Positions 13,279 to 26,720 are shown, counted from the first letter of the stretch. The stretch: 64,000 bases of DNA from an uncultured Actinomycetes bacterium (GCA_963702805.1 CAVPEC010000006.1:2749-66748); one strand, 5' to 3'. A program made the numbers and translations. Notes: generated by a model not told the origin, from the letters alone.

Positions 13279-15624
13279 TCATCCGGGGGTCTCGACCCGC
13301 CAGCCGCTCGATGTGACGTCGATCGCCACGTCTCCGCGCTCGTCCGTGCGCAGGACCGGGACGTGGTGCTCGGCGAGGGTGGCGAGCGTGCCCGGGGTCG
13401 GATGCCCGTAGGGGTTGTCGCGCTCCGACCGAGATCACCGCGAGACGCGGGACGCTGCGGTCGAGCAGGGAATCGAGGCCGGCGTCGTCCGAGCCGTGGT
13501 GAGCCACCTTGAGGACGTCGATCGGACCGGGGTCGATCGGCACCGCCTCGGCCTCCGCGTCGGCCGTGAGCAGCATGCGGAAGCCCCGCCACCGGGCGAG
13601 CAGCACGAGCGCCGCCTGGTTCGGGTCGCTCGGCGGCAGGCGCCATCGAGAACGTCCTGCGGCGGCCACAGCACCTCGATCCGCAGGCTCCCCGAATCGA
13701 TCTCCGACCCCTCGGCGATCGACATCGCGCGGACGCCGGCGCCGCGCGCAGCCCGGAGGAAGTCCTGGCCGCGCTCCCCGTAGAGCAGCCGGTGGACCGG
13801 GAACGAGCCGAGCAGCTCGTCGATCCCGCCCGCATGGTCCGACTGGTCGTGGGTGACGACCGCCGCGGCCAGGGCCGAGACCCCCTCGTCCTCGAGCTGG
13901 CGGCGAAGGTCATCGCCCGGCGGCCCGCCGTCCACGACCACCGGCTGACCGTCGGCCGGGTCGAGCAGGATCGCGTCGCCCTGGCCGACGTCGAGCACGA
14001 CGACGCGCAGGCCGGCCGCGGGCTCGGCCGGCGTTCCGCCCCACGACCGAAGGCCGGCCAGCGCGAGGACGAGGACCCCGAGGCAGGCCGCCAGGCCGAG
14101 GGGCTTGACGGCGGCCGGCGGCCTCCGCAGGCCCCCGCGACGCCGCGCCCAGGCGAGCAGGACCCAGAGCGCCAGGGCGAGCGCGGCGTACGCGGCCAGC
14201 ACCCCCGCCGCGCTGGGCAGCGGGACGCTCGCCCGCGCCCAGCCCGGCGAGCCGAGCCAGTGCGCGATCTGCGCGACGTAGGCGGCCAGCAGCCCCGCGA
14301 GGCCGGTCAGTGGCTGCACCGGGAGCCAGGGCAGCTGGCCGACCAGCGCGGCCAGCATCCCGAGCCACATCAGCGGCGCCACCGCGGGGAGCACCAGCAG
14401 GTTCGCCGGCACGGACGCCAGCGAGACCGCCTCGAAGTCGTGCGCCATCAGCGGGGCCGTGGAGAGCGTGGCGGCGATCGTCACTCCGGCGCCCTCGGCG
14501 AGGCCGCGCCGCCAGCCGACGTGCCCGTGCTCGCCGTCGGCCGCGGGTGGCCCCAGCAGGACGTCGCGAATCGGCCCTGCCCACAGCATGATCCCGATCA
14601 CCGCCGCGAAGCTGAGCTGCCAGCCCGCGTCCCCGCTGGTTCGCGGGTTGATCGCCAGCGTCACGAAGGCGGCGAGCAGGATCGCGTACCAGCGCGAACG
14701 GGGCCTTCCGGCAAGCGCTGCGACGACCCCGGCCGCGCCCATGACGCCGGCGCGCTGGATCGAGGCGCCCGCGCCGGTGACCGGCACGTAGATCGCGATC
14801 AGGGCGAGCACCAGGACAAGCCGGGCGCGGAGCGGCACGCCGAGCAGCGCCAGGAGCGGCACCGCCAGCAGGGCAAGCAGCATCACGTTCTCTCCGGATA
14901 CGGCGAGCAGGTGGGCGAGCCCGGAGCGCTTGAAGTCGTCGACCGTGGCCGCGTCGATGCGGTCGTCCTCGCCGAGCACGAAGCCGCGCAGGAGCGCGGC
15001 CTCCGCTTCCGGGGTCCCGCTGCCCAGGGCGAGCTCGGCGCGATCGCGGATGCGATCCGTCACCGCCGCGGGCCCACCGCGACGCCGGCCGGTGAGCCGG
15101 AGCCGGTCGGCGACGAGCACCTGGCGGATGCCGTAGCGCGCCAGGTAGCCGGCCTCCCAGGGCTCGGGCTCGCGCAAGCGTGCCGGTGGCCTTCACCTGC
15201 CGACCGATCGGAAGGTCTCCGACCGGCTCCGAAGCCTCGACCCCGAGGCGGCCGTCGGCGGTCTGGATCCGCACCCTCACCTCGCCCCGCGATCGGCGCG
15301 GGACGGCGGTCACGAACCCGCGCGCGGTCGCCGGCCGCCCGATCGGCCCCCGGAAGGCGCCCCGGTCGATCGCCGCGAGGCGAGCCATGCCCACGGCCAG
15401 GCCGGCGGCCGCGGCCACGAGCGCAAGCAGCGCCAGCCAGACCGCCCGGGCGCCGCGGCCGTCGCCGGGGCGCGTGGCGACGAGGCCGAGTCCGGCGGCC
15501 AACCCGAGCACCAGCGCCGGCCGGCGAGGTCCGGGGCCCCGGCGGGGACCGCCGGTGACAGCGCCAGCCCGGCGGTGGCGCCGCCCAGCACGGCGAAGCG
15601 CCACGGGATCCCGGGGCCGGCCAT
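13279..15624 (-). CDS. comEC: DNA internalisation competence protein ComEC/Rec2 (frame-disrupted)
   Basis: The competence domain reads FKRSGLAHLLAVSGENVMLLA. The MBL domain reads VVVLDVGQGDAILL and VLKVAHHGSDD. The C-terminus RTDERGDVAIDVTSSGWRVETPG ends at a TGA at 13279. Confidence 0.85.
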
Positions 15625-15649
15625 CTACACCGGCAATGCCACGGTTCGC

Positions 15650-16271
15650 CTACGGCTGTAGCCGGGCGCGGAGGGCGTCCATGGTCGCCGGGCCGATGCC
15701 GTCGATCTGGTCGAGCTGGTCGACCGACGAGATGCCGCCGTGCTGATCGCGAAAGTCGACGATGTTCTGGGCGGTGACCGGGCCGATGCCCTCGATCGTG
15801 TCGAGCTCCTCCACCGTGGCCGTGCCGAGGCTGATCGGGCCGTCGCCGGCGTCAGCCGCGCCGCCGCTCGCACCGGTGACCGCCGCAGCCCCCGGGGCCT
15901 TGGCCGGCACCACGACCTGCTGACCGTCGCCGAGCCGCGCCGCGAGGTTGATCCCCTCGACCTCGGCCCGCGCGGTGGCCCCGCCGGCGCGCTGCACGGC
16001 GTCGTTGACGCGCGATCCGGCAGGCAGCCTGTAGACGCCCGGCCTGCCCACGGCCCCGGTGACGTCGACGACCACGTCCTCGCCACCCTGCGGGTCGACG
16101 CCGAAGGAGGCGCCGGCCGAGCCGGAGGAGTCCGACGACGAGGAGAAGCTCACCCCTCCGGCGTCGGAACCCTGGCTGGTCGGCCGAGCGAATCCAGCGC
16201 GCTCCGACCAGCAGCAGGGTGACGGCGACCGCGCCGTAGACGAGCAGCTGAGAGCGGCTGAGCGAGCCCAT
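15650..16271 (-). CDS. comEA: ComEA: SLBB domain plus helix-hairpin-helix DNA-binding domain (frame-disrupted near the N-terminus)
   Basis: VVVDVTGAVGRPGVYRLPAGSRVNDAV matches the SLBB domain. ELDTIEGIGPVTAQNIVDFR...LDQIDGIGPATMDAL is a 2x HhH region. The N-terminal transmembrane segment reads LLVYGAVAVTLLLV. Confidence 0.8.
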
Positions 16272-16369
16272 CGCTGCGATTCTGGGCGGGCGCCGCTCAC
16301 GCGTGGCGCACGCCACGTCACGGCGATCGCAGGACGAGATCGCGCCGACTGCGTGACGGCGCCGCGCGG

Positions 16370-16636
16370 CTAGCGGATTCGGAACTCGGCCAGTCCCTCG
16401 GGCTCCTCGTCGGTGACCTCGACGCGCTCGACGACCGCGCCGCGCGGCCCGTCACGAGACCAGCGCACCATCGACTCGACCGCCTCTGCCTCGCCCTCGA
16501 AGACGGCCTCGACCGTGCCGTCGGGCGTGTTGCGCACCCAGCCGCCGAGGCCGCGTGACCGCGCCATGCGGCGGGTCGTGTCGCGGAAGAAGACCCCTTG
16601 AACCCGGCCGTGGACGATGACGCGGCGGCGGATCAC
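16370..16636 (-). CDS. acyP: Acylphosphatase
   Basis: This is an intact 88-aa ORF containing VHGRVQGVFFRDTTRRMARSRGLGGWVRNTPDGTVE. Confidence 0.85.
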   Translation of the reverse strand: MIRRRVIVHGRVQGVFFRDTTRRMARSRGLGGWVRNTPDGTVEAVFEGEAEAVESMVRWSRDGPRGAVVERVEVTDEEPEGLAEFRIR

Positions 16637-16646
16637 GCCGCTTTGG

Positions 16647-17049
16647 TCAGTCGTCCTCGTAGTCGTCGTAGTTCGCGGCCTGGGCGGCGAGGCGGCGGCT
16701 GTAGAGCTCGTCCGCGGAGACGGGTGGCGACTGGACCGAGACCAGCGCCAGGGCGTCGGTGCCGTCGTTGGCCACGGCGTGGTCGGTGGCCGGCGGGATC
16801 AGGACCAGGTCGCCGACGTCGAGTCGCTGGGTGTCGCCGGTGGCCGACATCGTGCCGCTGCCGCTGACGACGACGTAGACCTGCTCGGCCTCCTCGTGCG
16901 AGCGGAGCTCCTCCGAGGCACCGCGCCGGAACCTCGAGCCAGTTGACCGAGACGTTCCGCGAGCCGAGCTCGCCCGCGTCCATGAGGATGTGAGGACGAA
17001 GCCGGTGCCATTCGGTGACGGCCGCGTCCGAGAACCGCCGGACAAGCAT
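16647..17049 (-). CDS. Cupin-domain protein (one frameshift)
   Basis: NVSVNWLEVP...HEEAEQVYVVVSGSGTMSATGDTQRLDVGDLVLIPPATDHAVAN is a typical cupin beta-barrel signature. Confidence 0.65.
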
Positions 17050-17088
17050 GCGCCGCCTTTCTAGCAGACCGGCGGCGGGCGCGTGTTA

Positions 17089-19599
<2,511 letters not shown>

Positions 19600-19650
19600 G
19601 AAGCCGATATTACGGAGCCGAAGGCCGGCTTCTGAGCGACCGGCCGGTCG

Positions 19651-20322
19651 CTAGCCCGGCAGAGCCTGGACGAAGTCGACGAACTTCTTCGTGTCGCGAA
19701 GCGGGGCGCCGTGGCCGAAGACGACGAGCTTCGGCTCCAGAAGGGCGAGCTTCCTCGCGGAGCGGCGATTCTCGTCCGGGTCGGGCGTCAGGTACGGCTT
19801 GGGCTCGTGGAGACCGGGCATCAGCGTCAGCTGGTCCATGTTGGCGAGCACGTCACCGAGCACGAGGACGCCGTCCGACTCGCGCCAGAAGGCGACGTGG
19901 CCGGCCGAGTGTCCGGGTACGTCGAGGACCTTGAAGCCGGCAACCTCGTCGCCGTCGTGAAGCTGGCGGTCGACCGGATGGCCCGGGCCCATGAAGATGC
20001 TGATGTAGAAGCGGGCCATGCGGTTGTTCGGCTGGCGCTGGCGGATCAGCTCGGGGTTCTCGGCGGCGTCTGCGTCGCGCTCGGGGACCCAGAAGGGGAT
20101 GCCGAGCTCCTGGCAGACCTGGTGGCTGGCGCCCTGGTGGTCGGGATGGGCGTGCGTGAGGGCGTGAGTGCTGACGTCGTGGCCCCGGAGCTGACGGAGG
20201 ATCGTCCCGCGCGACTGCCGGGTGCCCGCGTCGATCAGGACGTCCTCGAGCAGGTACGCGTTGACGGCGTTCGGCAGCGGCAGGGCGTTCAGGTGCCAGA
20301 CGCCATCAGCGAGCTGCTTCAC
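19651..20322 (-). CDS. MBL-fold metallo-hydrolase
   Basis: This is an intact 223-aa ORF with the HxHxDH motif (THAHPDHQG) and VLDVPGHSAGH. Confidence 0.85.
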   Translation of the reverse strand: MKQLADGVWHLNALPLPNAVNAYLLEDVLIDAGTRQSRGTILRQLRGHDVSTHALTHAHPDHQGASHQVCQELGIPFWVPERDADAAENPELIRQRQPNNRMARFYISIFMGPGHPVDRQLHDGDEVAGFKVLDVPGHSAGHVAFWRESDGVLVLGDVLANMDQLTLMPGLHEPKPYLTPDPDENRRSARKLALLEPKLVVFGHGAPLRDTKKFVDFVQALPG

Positions 20323-20346
20323 CGGGCGAGAGCCTATCGCCCCATA

Positions 20347-21572
20347 ATGTCTGTCATCGAGCCGGCGTTCCGCCCGGCGCCGAAGCGAGGATTGCGATCA
20401 CCGAGGCTCAGCTGCATACTGCCCCACCTCGTGGTGACGAGATCGAAGGGCTCGCGCGCGAGATCTCCGCGGCGGCGAGAGAGCTGGCCGCCGAGACGGA
20501 GCGCCTGCGGCAGCTTCCCGACGAGCTCGTCTCCCGCCTGCGGGACTCCGGTCTGTTGCGGGCCGGTGCGCCGCTGGAGGTCGGAGGGCTTGAGCTCGCG
20601 CCCGGCCTGGCGCTGCGGTGCGCGGAGGAGATCGCCCGTGGGGACGCATCGGCCGGCTGGTGCGTCTCGATCGCGATCACCAGCAGCCTGCTGGCCGCCT
20701 ACCTGCCCGCGGAGAGCCGCACCGAGCTGTTCGGCGACGGGCGGGGGATCGCCGCGGGCGTCTGGGCCCCGCGCGGCAAGGCGCGACCGGTGGACGGCGG
20801 ACTCGTGGTCTCGGGCCGCTGGGCGTTCTGCAGCGGAATCGCGCACTCCGATCTGCTGTTCGCCGGCTGCTTCGTCGAGGAGGGCGCGGACACCGCTGGC
20901 GAGCGGCCAACCCCGAGCGTGGTCGCGGTCCGCAAGCAGGACCTCGAGGTGCGGGACACCTGGCACACGCTGGGGTTGCGCGGCACTGGGAGCCAGGACT
21001 GCGTTGCCGACGACGTGTTCATCCCCGCGGCATACGTCTTCTCCTTGTTCGACGGGCCGCTTGTTGACCGCCCGCTCTACCGCTTCCCGATCTTCGGGTT
21101 CTTCGCGCTCTCGATCGCCGCGGCAGCCCTGGGGAACGCGCGCGCGGCGATCGACGAGCTGGTCGAGCTGGCCGCAGGCAAGGTCGGCATGGGGTCCACT
21201 CGCACGCTCGCCGAGCGCTCCCCCACCCATGCGTCGGTCGCCACAGCCGAGGCGTCGCTCCGCGCCGCAAGGACCTTCTTCCACCAGGCAATCGACGCCA
21301 GCTGGCAGGCGGCGCAGCATGACGAACCCGTCCCCGTCCCCCTGCGGAACGAGCTTCGCCTGGCGGCCACCCATGCCGTCCGGACATCCGCCGAGGTCGT
21401 CCGGTCGATGTATGACCTGGGTGGCGGGACAGCGATCTACGACGACTCGCCGCTCCAGCGGCGCTTCCGCGACGCGCACACCGCTACCGCCCACTTCCAG
21501 GTCAACGAGTCCTCGCGCGAGCTACAAGGCCGGATCCTCCTCCGGCAGACCGCCGAAACCGCGGCGCTGTGA
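20347..21572 (+). CDS. Acyl-CoA dehydrogenase-fold flavoprotein, possibly a group D flavin monooxygenase type (frameshift near the N-terminus)
   Basis: LPDELVSRLRDSGLLRAGAPLEVGGLE and VSGRWAFCSGIAHSDLL are present. The C-terminal helical domain reads RFRDAHTATAHFQV. Confidence 0.7.
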
Positions 21573-22579
21573 GCATCAACGCCCAGTGTCGCCTGGCCGC
21601 CCGCCCGAGCGGGCTGCCCAAGGCCTCTGACTGGAGCTACGTCGAGGAGCCGGCGCCGGAGCCCGGGGACGGAGAGTTCCGGGTGCAGGTCGAGTACATC
21701 TCGCTGGACCCGGCAATGCGCGCCTGGATGAATCCCGGCCGCTCCTACGTGCCGCCGGTGGAGATCGGCGAGGTGATGCGCGCCGCCGCCATCGGTCGGG
21801 TTATCGATTCTCGCCACCCCGACTTCGACGTCGGTGATGAGCTGTACGGGGTCTTCGGGGTCCAGCGCTACGCGATCTCGGACGGCACCGGCGTCAGGCG
21901 CGTCGACACGTCGCTCGCGCCGGCGCCGGTGTATCTCGGGGCGCTCGGGATCAGCGGCCTGACCGCCTACTTCGGGTTGCTCGACATCGGCAGGCCCGAG
22001 CCCGGCCAGACCGTGGCGGTGTCGGGCGCCGCGGGCTCGGTCGGCAGCATCGTGGGCCAGATCGCGCGGATCAAGGGCTGCCGGGCGGTGGGGATCGCCG
22101 GGGGGCCGGAGAAGTGCGCCTGGCTGGTCGAGGAGCTCGGGTTCGACGCCGCGATCGACTACAAGGGCGAGGACGTTCGGGCGCAGCTCCGTGAGCACGC
22201 GCCCGGCGGCGTCGACGTCTTCTTCGACAACGTCGGCGGCGAGGTGCTCGAGCACGTGCTCTCGCGACTCGCGCGGGGAGCGCGTGTGGTCCTCAGCGGC
22301 GCCGTCTCGCAGTACAACGCCACCGAGGCATTCCGCGGACCGGCCAACTACATGCAGCTGCTGGTCGCGCGGGCGTCGATGACCGGGTTCGTGATCTTCG
22401 ACTACGGGGAGCGCTTTGAGGAGGGCGCCGCTCAGCTCGCCAAGTGGCTGCGCGACGGGGAGCTTCGCTCCCGCGAGGACGTAGTTCGGGGCGACATCGG
22501 CCAGTTTCCCGAGGTGCTCCTCCGGCTCTTCCACGGGGAGAACACGGGGAAGCTCGTCCTCGCCCTGGAGCACGGGTGA
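21569..22579 (+). CDS. NADP-dependent oxidoreductase, medium-chain dehydrogenase family (YncB/CurA-like)
   Basis: This is an intact 336-aa ORF. AVSGAAGSVGSIVGQIARIKGCRAVGIAG is the Rossmann AxxGxxG motif. The GTG start overlaps the preceding stop (GTGA). Confidence 0.85.
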   Translation: MSINAQCRLAARPSGLPKASDWSYVEEPAPEPGDGEFRVQVEYISLDPAMRAWMNPGRSYVPPVEIGEVMRAAAIGRVIDSRHPDFDVGDELYGVFGVQRYAISDGTGVRRVDTSLAPAPVYLGALGISGLTAYFGLLDIGRPEPGQTVAVSGAAGSVGSIVGQIARIKGCRAVGIAGGPEKCAWLVEELGFDAAIDYKGEDVRAQLREHAPGGVDVFFDNVGGEVLEHVLSRLARGARVVLSGAVSQYNATEAFRGPANYMQLLVARASMTGFVIFDYGERFEEGAAQLAKWLRDGELRSREDVVRGDIGQFPEVLLRLFHGENTGKLVLALEHG

Positions 22580-22592
22580 CCGCTCGAGGCGC

Positions 22593-23483
22593 CTAGGTCG
22601 AGGCCAGCCGCTTCTCGAACCAATGATCCGCGTATGGGTCGTCGTTGTAGCGGGCGACCTCCAGGTACCCGTTGCTGCGATACATCGCCTTCGCCTCGTC
22701 GAGTGAGCGGTTCGTGTAGAGCCGCACCCTGCGATGGCCCAGCGCGACCGCCTGCTCTTCGAGCGCGTCGAGGATGCGTGTGCCGATTCCAAGGCCGCGG
22801 TGGGCGCGGTCGACCCACATTCTCATGATCTCGCCGATCTCGGGGCTGAGCGTTTTCAGCGCCCCGCAACCCGCCGGCTGCCCATCGAAGCGGGCGAGCA
22901 CGAATGCCCCCGAGGGTGGGATCAGGTCCTTGCTTTCGGCGGGCAGCGTCCGCCCCGGATCGAAGCGCTCCTCGAAGCGCTCGCCCAGTTCCGCGAAGTA
23001 ATGGGCCAAGCACCACCGTGCATCGGCCGAGGACGGGTCCTCGAGCGCGATGCTCACCATCGAGATGGCCAGCAGATGCCGGACCTCGGCCTGGGCGCGC
23101 AGCAACCGGGCACGCTGTTCGTCGGTCAGCGGCGTCAACGCCGACGCCGCGAGCTCATCGGAGATGCGGTCGAGCTCGCGCATCTCGGACCGGCCGGCTC
23201 GTGTCAGAGACAATCGCTTGGTCCGCCGGTCGTTCGGGTTTGGCCTCTTCTCGACAAGGCCGTCTCGCTGCAGCGAGCGGATCATGCGTGAGAGGTAGCC
23301 GGAGTCGAGACCGAGCCGCGCGCGCACGTCACGGGGGGTCGCTCCATTCGACCCGATCTCGAACAGCACCCGGGCTTCTCCGAGCGGACGCCGGCCGAGA
23401 TAGCGGTCGTTCAGCGCACCGACCTGACGCGTCACCAGCCGGTTGAAGCTGCGTACGAGCGCAATCTCCTGCTGGCCAATCAT
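22593..23483 (-). CDS. MarR-family winged-helix regulator fused to a GNAT acetyltransferase
   Basis: This is an intact 296-aa ORF. The N-terminal part SGYLSRMIRSLQRDGLVEKRPNPNDRRTKRLSLT is the MarR wing. The C-terminal part MWVDRAHRGLGIGTRILDALEEQA is GNAT motif A. Confidence 0.8.
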   Translation of the reverse strand: MIGQQEIALVRSFNRLVTRQVGALNDRYLGRRPLGEARVLFEIGSNGATPRDVRARLGLDSGYLSRMIRSLQRDGLVEKRPNPNDRRTKRLSLTRAGRSEMRELDRISDELAASALTPLTDEQRARLLRAQAEVRHLLAISMVSIALEDPSSADARWCLAHYFAELGERFEERFDPGRTLPAESKDLIPPSGAFVLARFDGQPAGCGALKTLSPEIGEIMRMWVDRAHRGLGIGTRILDALEEQAVALGHRRVRLYTNRSLDEAKAMYRSNGYLEVARYNDDPYADHWFEKRLAST

Positions 23484-23502
23484 CTCTGACCTGGGTCAGA
23501 GA
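23483..23502. promoter_or_regulatory. Perfect 9-2-9 palindrome TCTCTGACC-TG-GGTCAGAGA abutting the MarR-GNAT start codon; candidate operator
   Basis: Read directly from the sequence. The left arm begins at the T of the ATG complement (23483). MarR proteins typically autoregulate through palindromes. Confidence 0.45.
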
Positions 23503-23625
23503 ATAAAGGAGCATGACAACCGGCCTTCGGCGAGCGCATGATGCCAGTCCTCGACGAGGTCGGGATCGACCCGGGAGAGCCAACCTTCATCGAGATCCAC
23601 AACGTCATCAAGAGCTAGCCGGCGA

Positions 23626-23671
23626 GGCGGGACGTGGTATTTCGACCCGGCGGGACGTGGTATTGCGACGC
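23626..23671 (+). repeat. Tandem direct repeat, 2 x 23 bp (GGCGGGACGTGGTATTKCGACSC), upstream of the CocE/NonD gene
   Basis: The copies are at 23626-23648 and 23649-23671 and are identical at 21 of 23 positions. They lie 35 bp upstream of the 23706 start. Confidence 0.6.
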
Positions 23672-23705
23672 GATAATTCGACGCGGGCCGGCCAGGACTG
23701 ATTAA

Positions 23706-25985
23706 GTGTCGACGATGGCCTGGCGAATCCGTCTCTGTATTGCTGTCGCCGCCCTGGCGATCGCGTTCACGGCCGGAGCGGGCTGCGGCCCAGGCGTTCA
23801 GCGCACACGGCAGCGTCAGGCAGGTCTACGTGACCCAGACGGGTCCTGGCGCGCAGATGTCGCTCCTGAATTCCGGGGGCACGACGATTGCCACCAAGGG
23901 AGCCGACGCGCAGGGCGGCCTTCTGTTTCGGAACGTCGCGCCGGGAACCGGCTACCGCGTTCGTCTCACCGGTGGTGGGGGGACGTCGGGGCCACTGACG
24001 GTGCTCTCGACGCGGCCGGCCCCGCCGAACACGAGCGTCTACAACCAGACGATCCCCTCCAGCGGCTACGGCTACCTGACCACTCGCGACGGCATCAAGC
24101 TGGCCATCGACGTGCACCCGCCGTCCGACGTGACGAACGCCGTGCCGGGCGTGGATCCTCCGCCGGTCCCGGCCGGTCCGACCCCGACCTTGATCGAGTA
24201 CTCGGGCTACGGGTACGCGGACCCGGCCGGCCCGCAGAGCGGGATCGCGATCCTCGCGAACCTGATGGGCTTCACGGTGGTCGACGTGAACATGCGCGGC
24301 ACCGGCTGCTCGGGCGGCGCCTACGACTTCTTCGAGCCGCTGCAGAACCTCGACGGGTACGACGTGATCGAGACGATCGCTCGCCAGTCCTGGGTCCTGC
24401 ACCACAAGGTCGGGATGATGGGCATCTCCTACGGCGGGATCAGCCAGCTGTTCACGGCGCAGACCAACCCGCCGAGCCTGGCAGCGATCTCGCCGCTCTC
24501 GGTGCTCGACGCCACCCAGACGACCCTCTATCCGGGCGGCATCCTGAACACGGGCTTCGCCTTGAACTGGGCCATGGAGCGAGTCCACGACGCCCAGCCG
24601 GCCGGACCCAGCACCGGGCAGCCCTGGGCCTACCAGAAGATCCAGGACGGCGACCAGCTGTGCAAGGCCAACCAGGCGCTGCACGGCGAGGCGGCGAACC
24701 TCTTGGAGAAGGTCCGGGCCAACAACCACTACGTGCCGAGCGGTGGCCGACCCCCTGGCGCCGATCACGTTCGTCAACAAGATCCACGCGCCGGTCTACA
24801 TGGCCTGCCAGTGGACCGACGAGCAGACGGGCGGTCACTGTCCGACTCTCGCCGAGCACTTCACCGGCACCCAGCGCAAGTGGTTCACGTTCACGAACGG
24901 CACCCACGTCGACTCGCTCGATCCGGAGACCTTCAACCGCTGGTACGACTTCTTAGAGCTCTACGTCGCCAAACAGGCACCGATCACGAAGTCCGCGGCG
25001 ATCCACGCCGCCGCGCCGGTGATCTACCAGGAGGCGATGGGGATTCCCGGCGTCACGATGCCGCCCGATCCGATCCAGACGCAGCCGACCTACGCGGGGG
25101 CGAAGGCGGCGTTCGAGCAGCTGAAGCCCATCCGCGTCCTGTTCGACAACGGCGCCGGCGGCTCCCAGCCCGGGCAGCCGCAGCCGGGCTTCGAGCAGTC
25201 GTTCAGCAAGTTCCCCATCCCGAACACCAGCGCCCGCTTCTTCTACTTCTCGGGCGGGGGCGTGCTTGGCGCCAAGCGGCCCGCTCACGCGGGGGCCGAC
25301 TCGTTTGACTGGAACCCCCATGCGCGGCCGCTCACCGACTTCACGGGCGATACGGCCGCCGGCACGAACGGCTTGTGGACCGCGACGCCTCCTTACAACT
25401 GGGTGCGCCCGCCCGCCGGCAGCGCGGCGTCGTACGTGACCAATCCGCTGCCCAGTAACACCACCGTCATCGGCGCCGGCGCCGTGCGTGCCTGGGTCCG
25501 CTCCTCGAAACCCAACGTCGACCTCCAGGCCACGATCACCGAGGTCAGGCCCGACGGCAAGGAGACCTTCGTGCAGAACGGCTGGGTGCGGGCCAACGAG
25601 CGGAAGCTCGACGCTCAGAAGAGCACGCTGCTCGAGCCCGTCCTGAGCCTCCGAGCCTCTGACGTGTCGCCGCATGCCGGCCAACCACTTCGCCCAGGTC
25701 ACGATCCCGCTCTACTACGAGGGCCACACCTACCGGGCCGGCTCGCGCATCCGGGTGACGATCACCGCCCCGAACGGCGACCAGCCCATCTGGTCGTTCG
25801 GGGAGACGCAGCCGAGTGGGGCCGCCACGGTCTCGATCGCCCACTCACCGGGCATGCCCTCGAGCCTCATCCTCCCGGTGGTGTCGGGTGTGAACGTGCC
25901 GACCGGGCTGCCGCCGTGCCCCGGCCTCAGGGGCGAACCGTGCCGTGCCTACCAGCCGTACGTGAACCACCCAACGACTCCCTGA
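23706..25985 (+). CDS. Secreted CocE/NonD-family (S15 X-Pro dipeptidyl-peptidase-like) hydrolase (frame-disrupted)
   Basis: The signal peptide reads MAWRIRLCIAVAALAIAFTAGAGA. TTRDGIKLAIDVHPP and NMRGTGCSGG are present. The nucleophile elbow is GMMGISYGG. The C-terminal beta-sandwich region reads HRIRVTITAPNGDQP. Confidence 0.75.
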
Positions 25986-26012
25986 CTGCTCGAGCTCAGG
26001 CGGCTCGGTCCT

Positions 26013-26441
26013 TCAATCTGGAAGCGACGACTCCCCCTTGGAGATCGCTGTTGCCGTGTCCGGGAGGAGTTGGGCGTGGACGATCCTCTTGTCCTCTGGG
26101 CGGATCGTGTACAGCATGGCGAAGCGCTGATCGATCTCGATCCCGCTGCGAGCTCCCTTTGCCCACATGCGCTGATCGATCACGAGACGCCCCTCGCCGA
26201 GATCGAATCCCTCGAGTGGGTCTATGCGCAAGCCATCCCAGGTTTCCCGCAGCGTCTCCCAATAACGACGAATGCTCTTGCTTCCACGCATGGGCGCGAC
26301 GTCGGTGAAGACGGCGGAGACGTCAAAGACCGCGTCCTCCGCATACGTGTCGAGCATCAGGTCAAGGTCGCCGCGGTTCCAGCAGTCGAAATGCTCGTTG
26401 AACTGATGGAGGAACCAAGCCGCGCCGTTTGAGTTCTTCAC
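26013..26441 (-). CDS. SnoaL/NTF2-like protein
   Basis: This is an intact 142-aa ORF containing FNEHFDCWNRGDLDLMLDTYAEDAVFD. GC content is visibly lower than in the flanks. Confidence 0.7.
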   Translation of the reverse strand: MKNSNGAAWFLHQFNEHFDCWNRGDLDLMLDTYAEDAVFDVSAVFTDVAPMRGSKSIRRYWETLRETWDGLRIDPLEGFDLGEGRLVIDQRMWAKGARSGIEIDQRFAMLYTIRPEDKRIVHAQLLPDTATAISKGESSLPD

Positions 26442-26720
26442 TGCCGAACCGGAGGAGATCCATGTCCCTGGCGGCGCGGCGCTCTCCGCGGTCGGCGAAG
26501 GTGAAGGTCATCTCACCCTGGACGATGTAGACGGCGTCGTCCTCCGCGGCGTGGACGTGCTCGTCCAGCTGTCGCCGCGCAGCTATCTCGATGATCGCGA
26601 AGGTGAACCGCGGCGTGTCGGCCGTACGAGCGAGGAACTCGACGTTGCCGACCCGATGCCGACGGGGTATTCGTGAAGTCGGAGGTCTTCCTCGATCGGA
26701 AGGAGGCGGAGGCCGCTGTA
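26442..26720 (-). CDS. Cupin-domain fragment (boundaries unresolved, possibly a remnant)
   Basis: NVEFLARTADTPRFTFAIIEIAARRQLDEHVHAAEDDAVYIVQGEMTFTF is present. No clear start or stop was found, and the downstream frame runs into the SnoaL gene. Confidence 0.3.

Noticed and set aside
13792-15558. A 588-aa plus-strand ORF antisense to comEC. Similar long antisense or off-frame ORFs occur at 10852-12039, 21437-22792, 35738-36787, 37861-39639, 41709-43067, 43608-44570 and 62619-63473.
   Set aside because: The composition is dominated by R/G/P/A/D/E with no motifs. Each lies opposite a gene with strong family signatures. This is the expected high-GC artefact.
23513-23701. A 62-aa plus-strand ORF from the track (MTTGLRRAHDASPRRGRDRPGRANLH...)
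   Set aside because: The start and RBS look good, but the product beyond ~9 codons is Arg-rich junk. A shifted frame gives a more protein-like 26-aa tail. It is recorded only as a possible mini-ORF inside the MarR-region finding.
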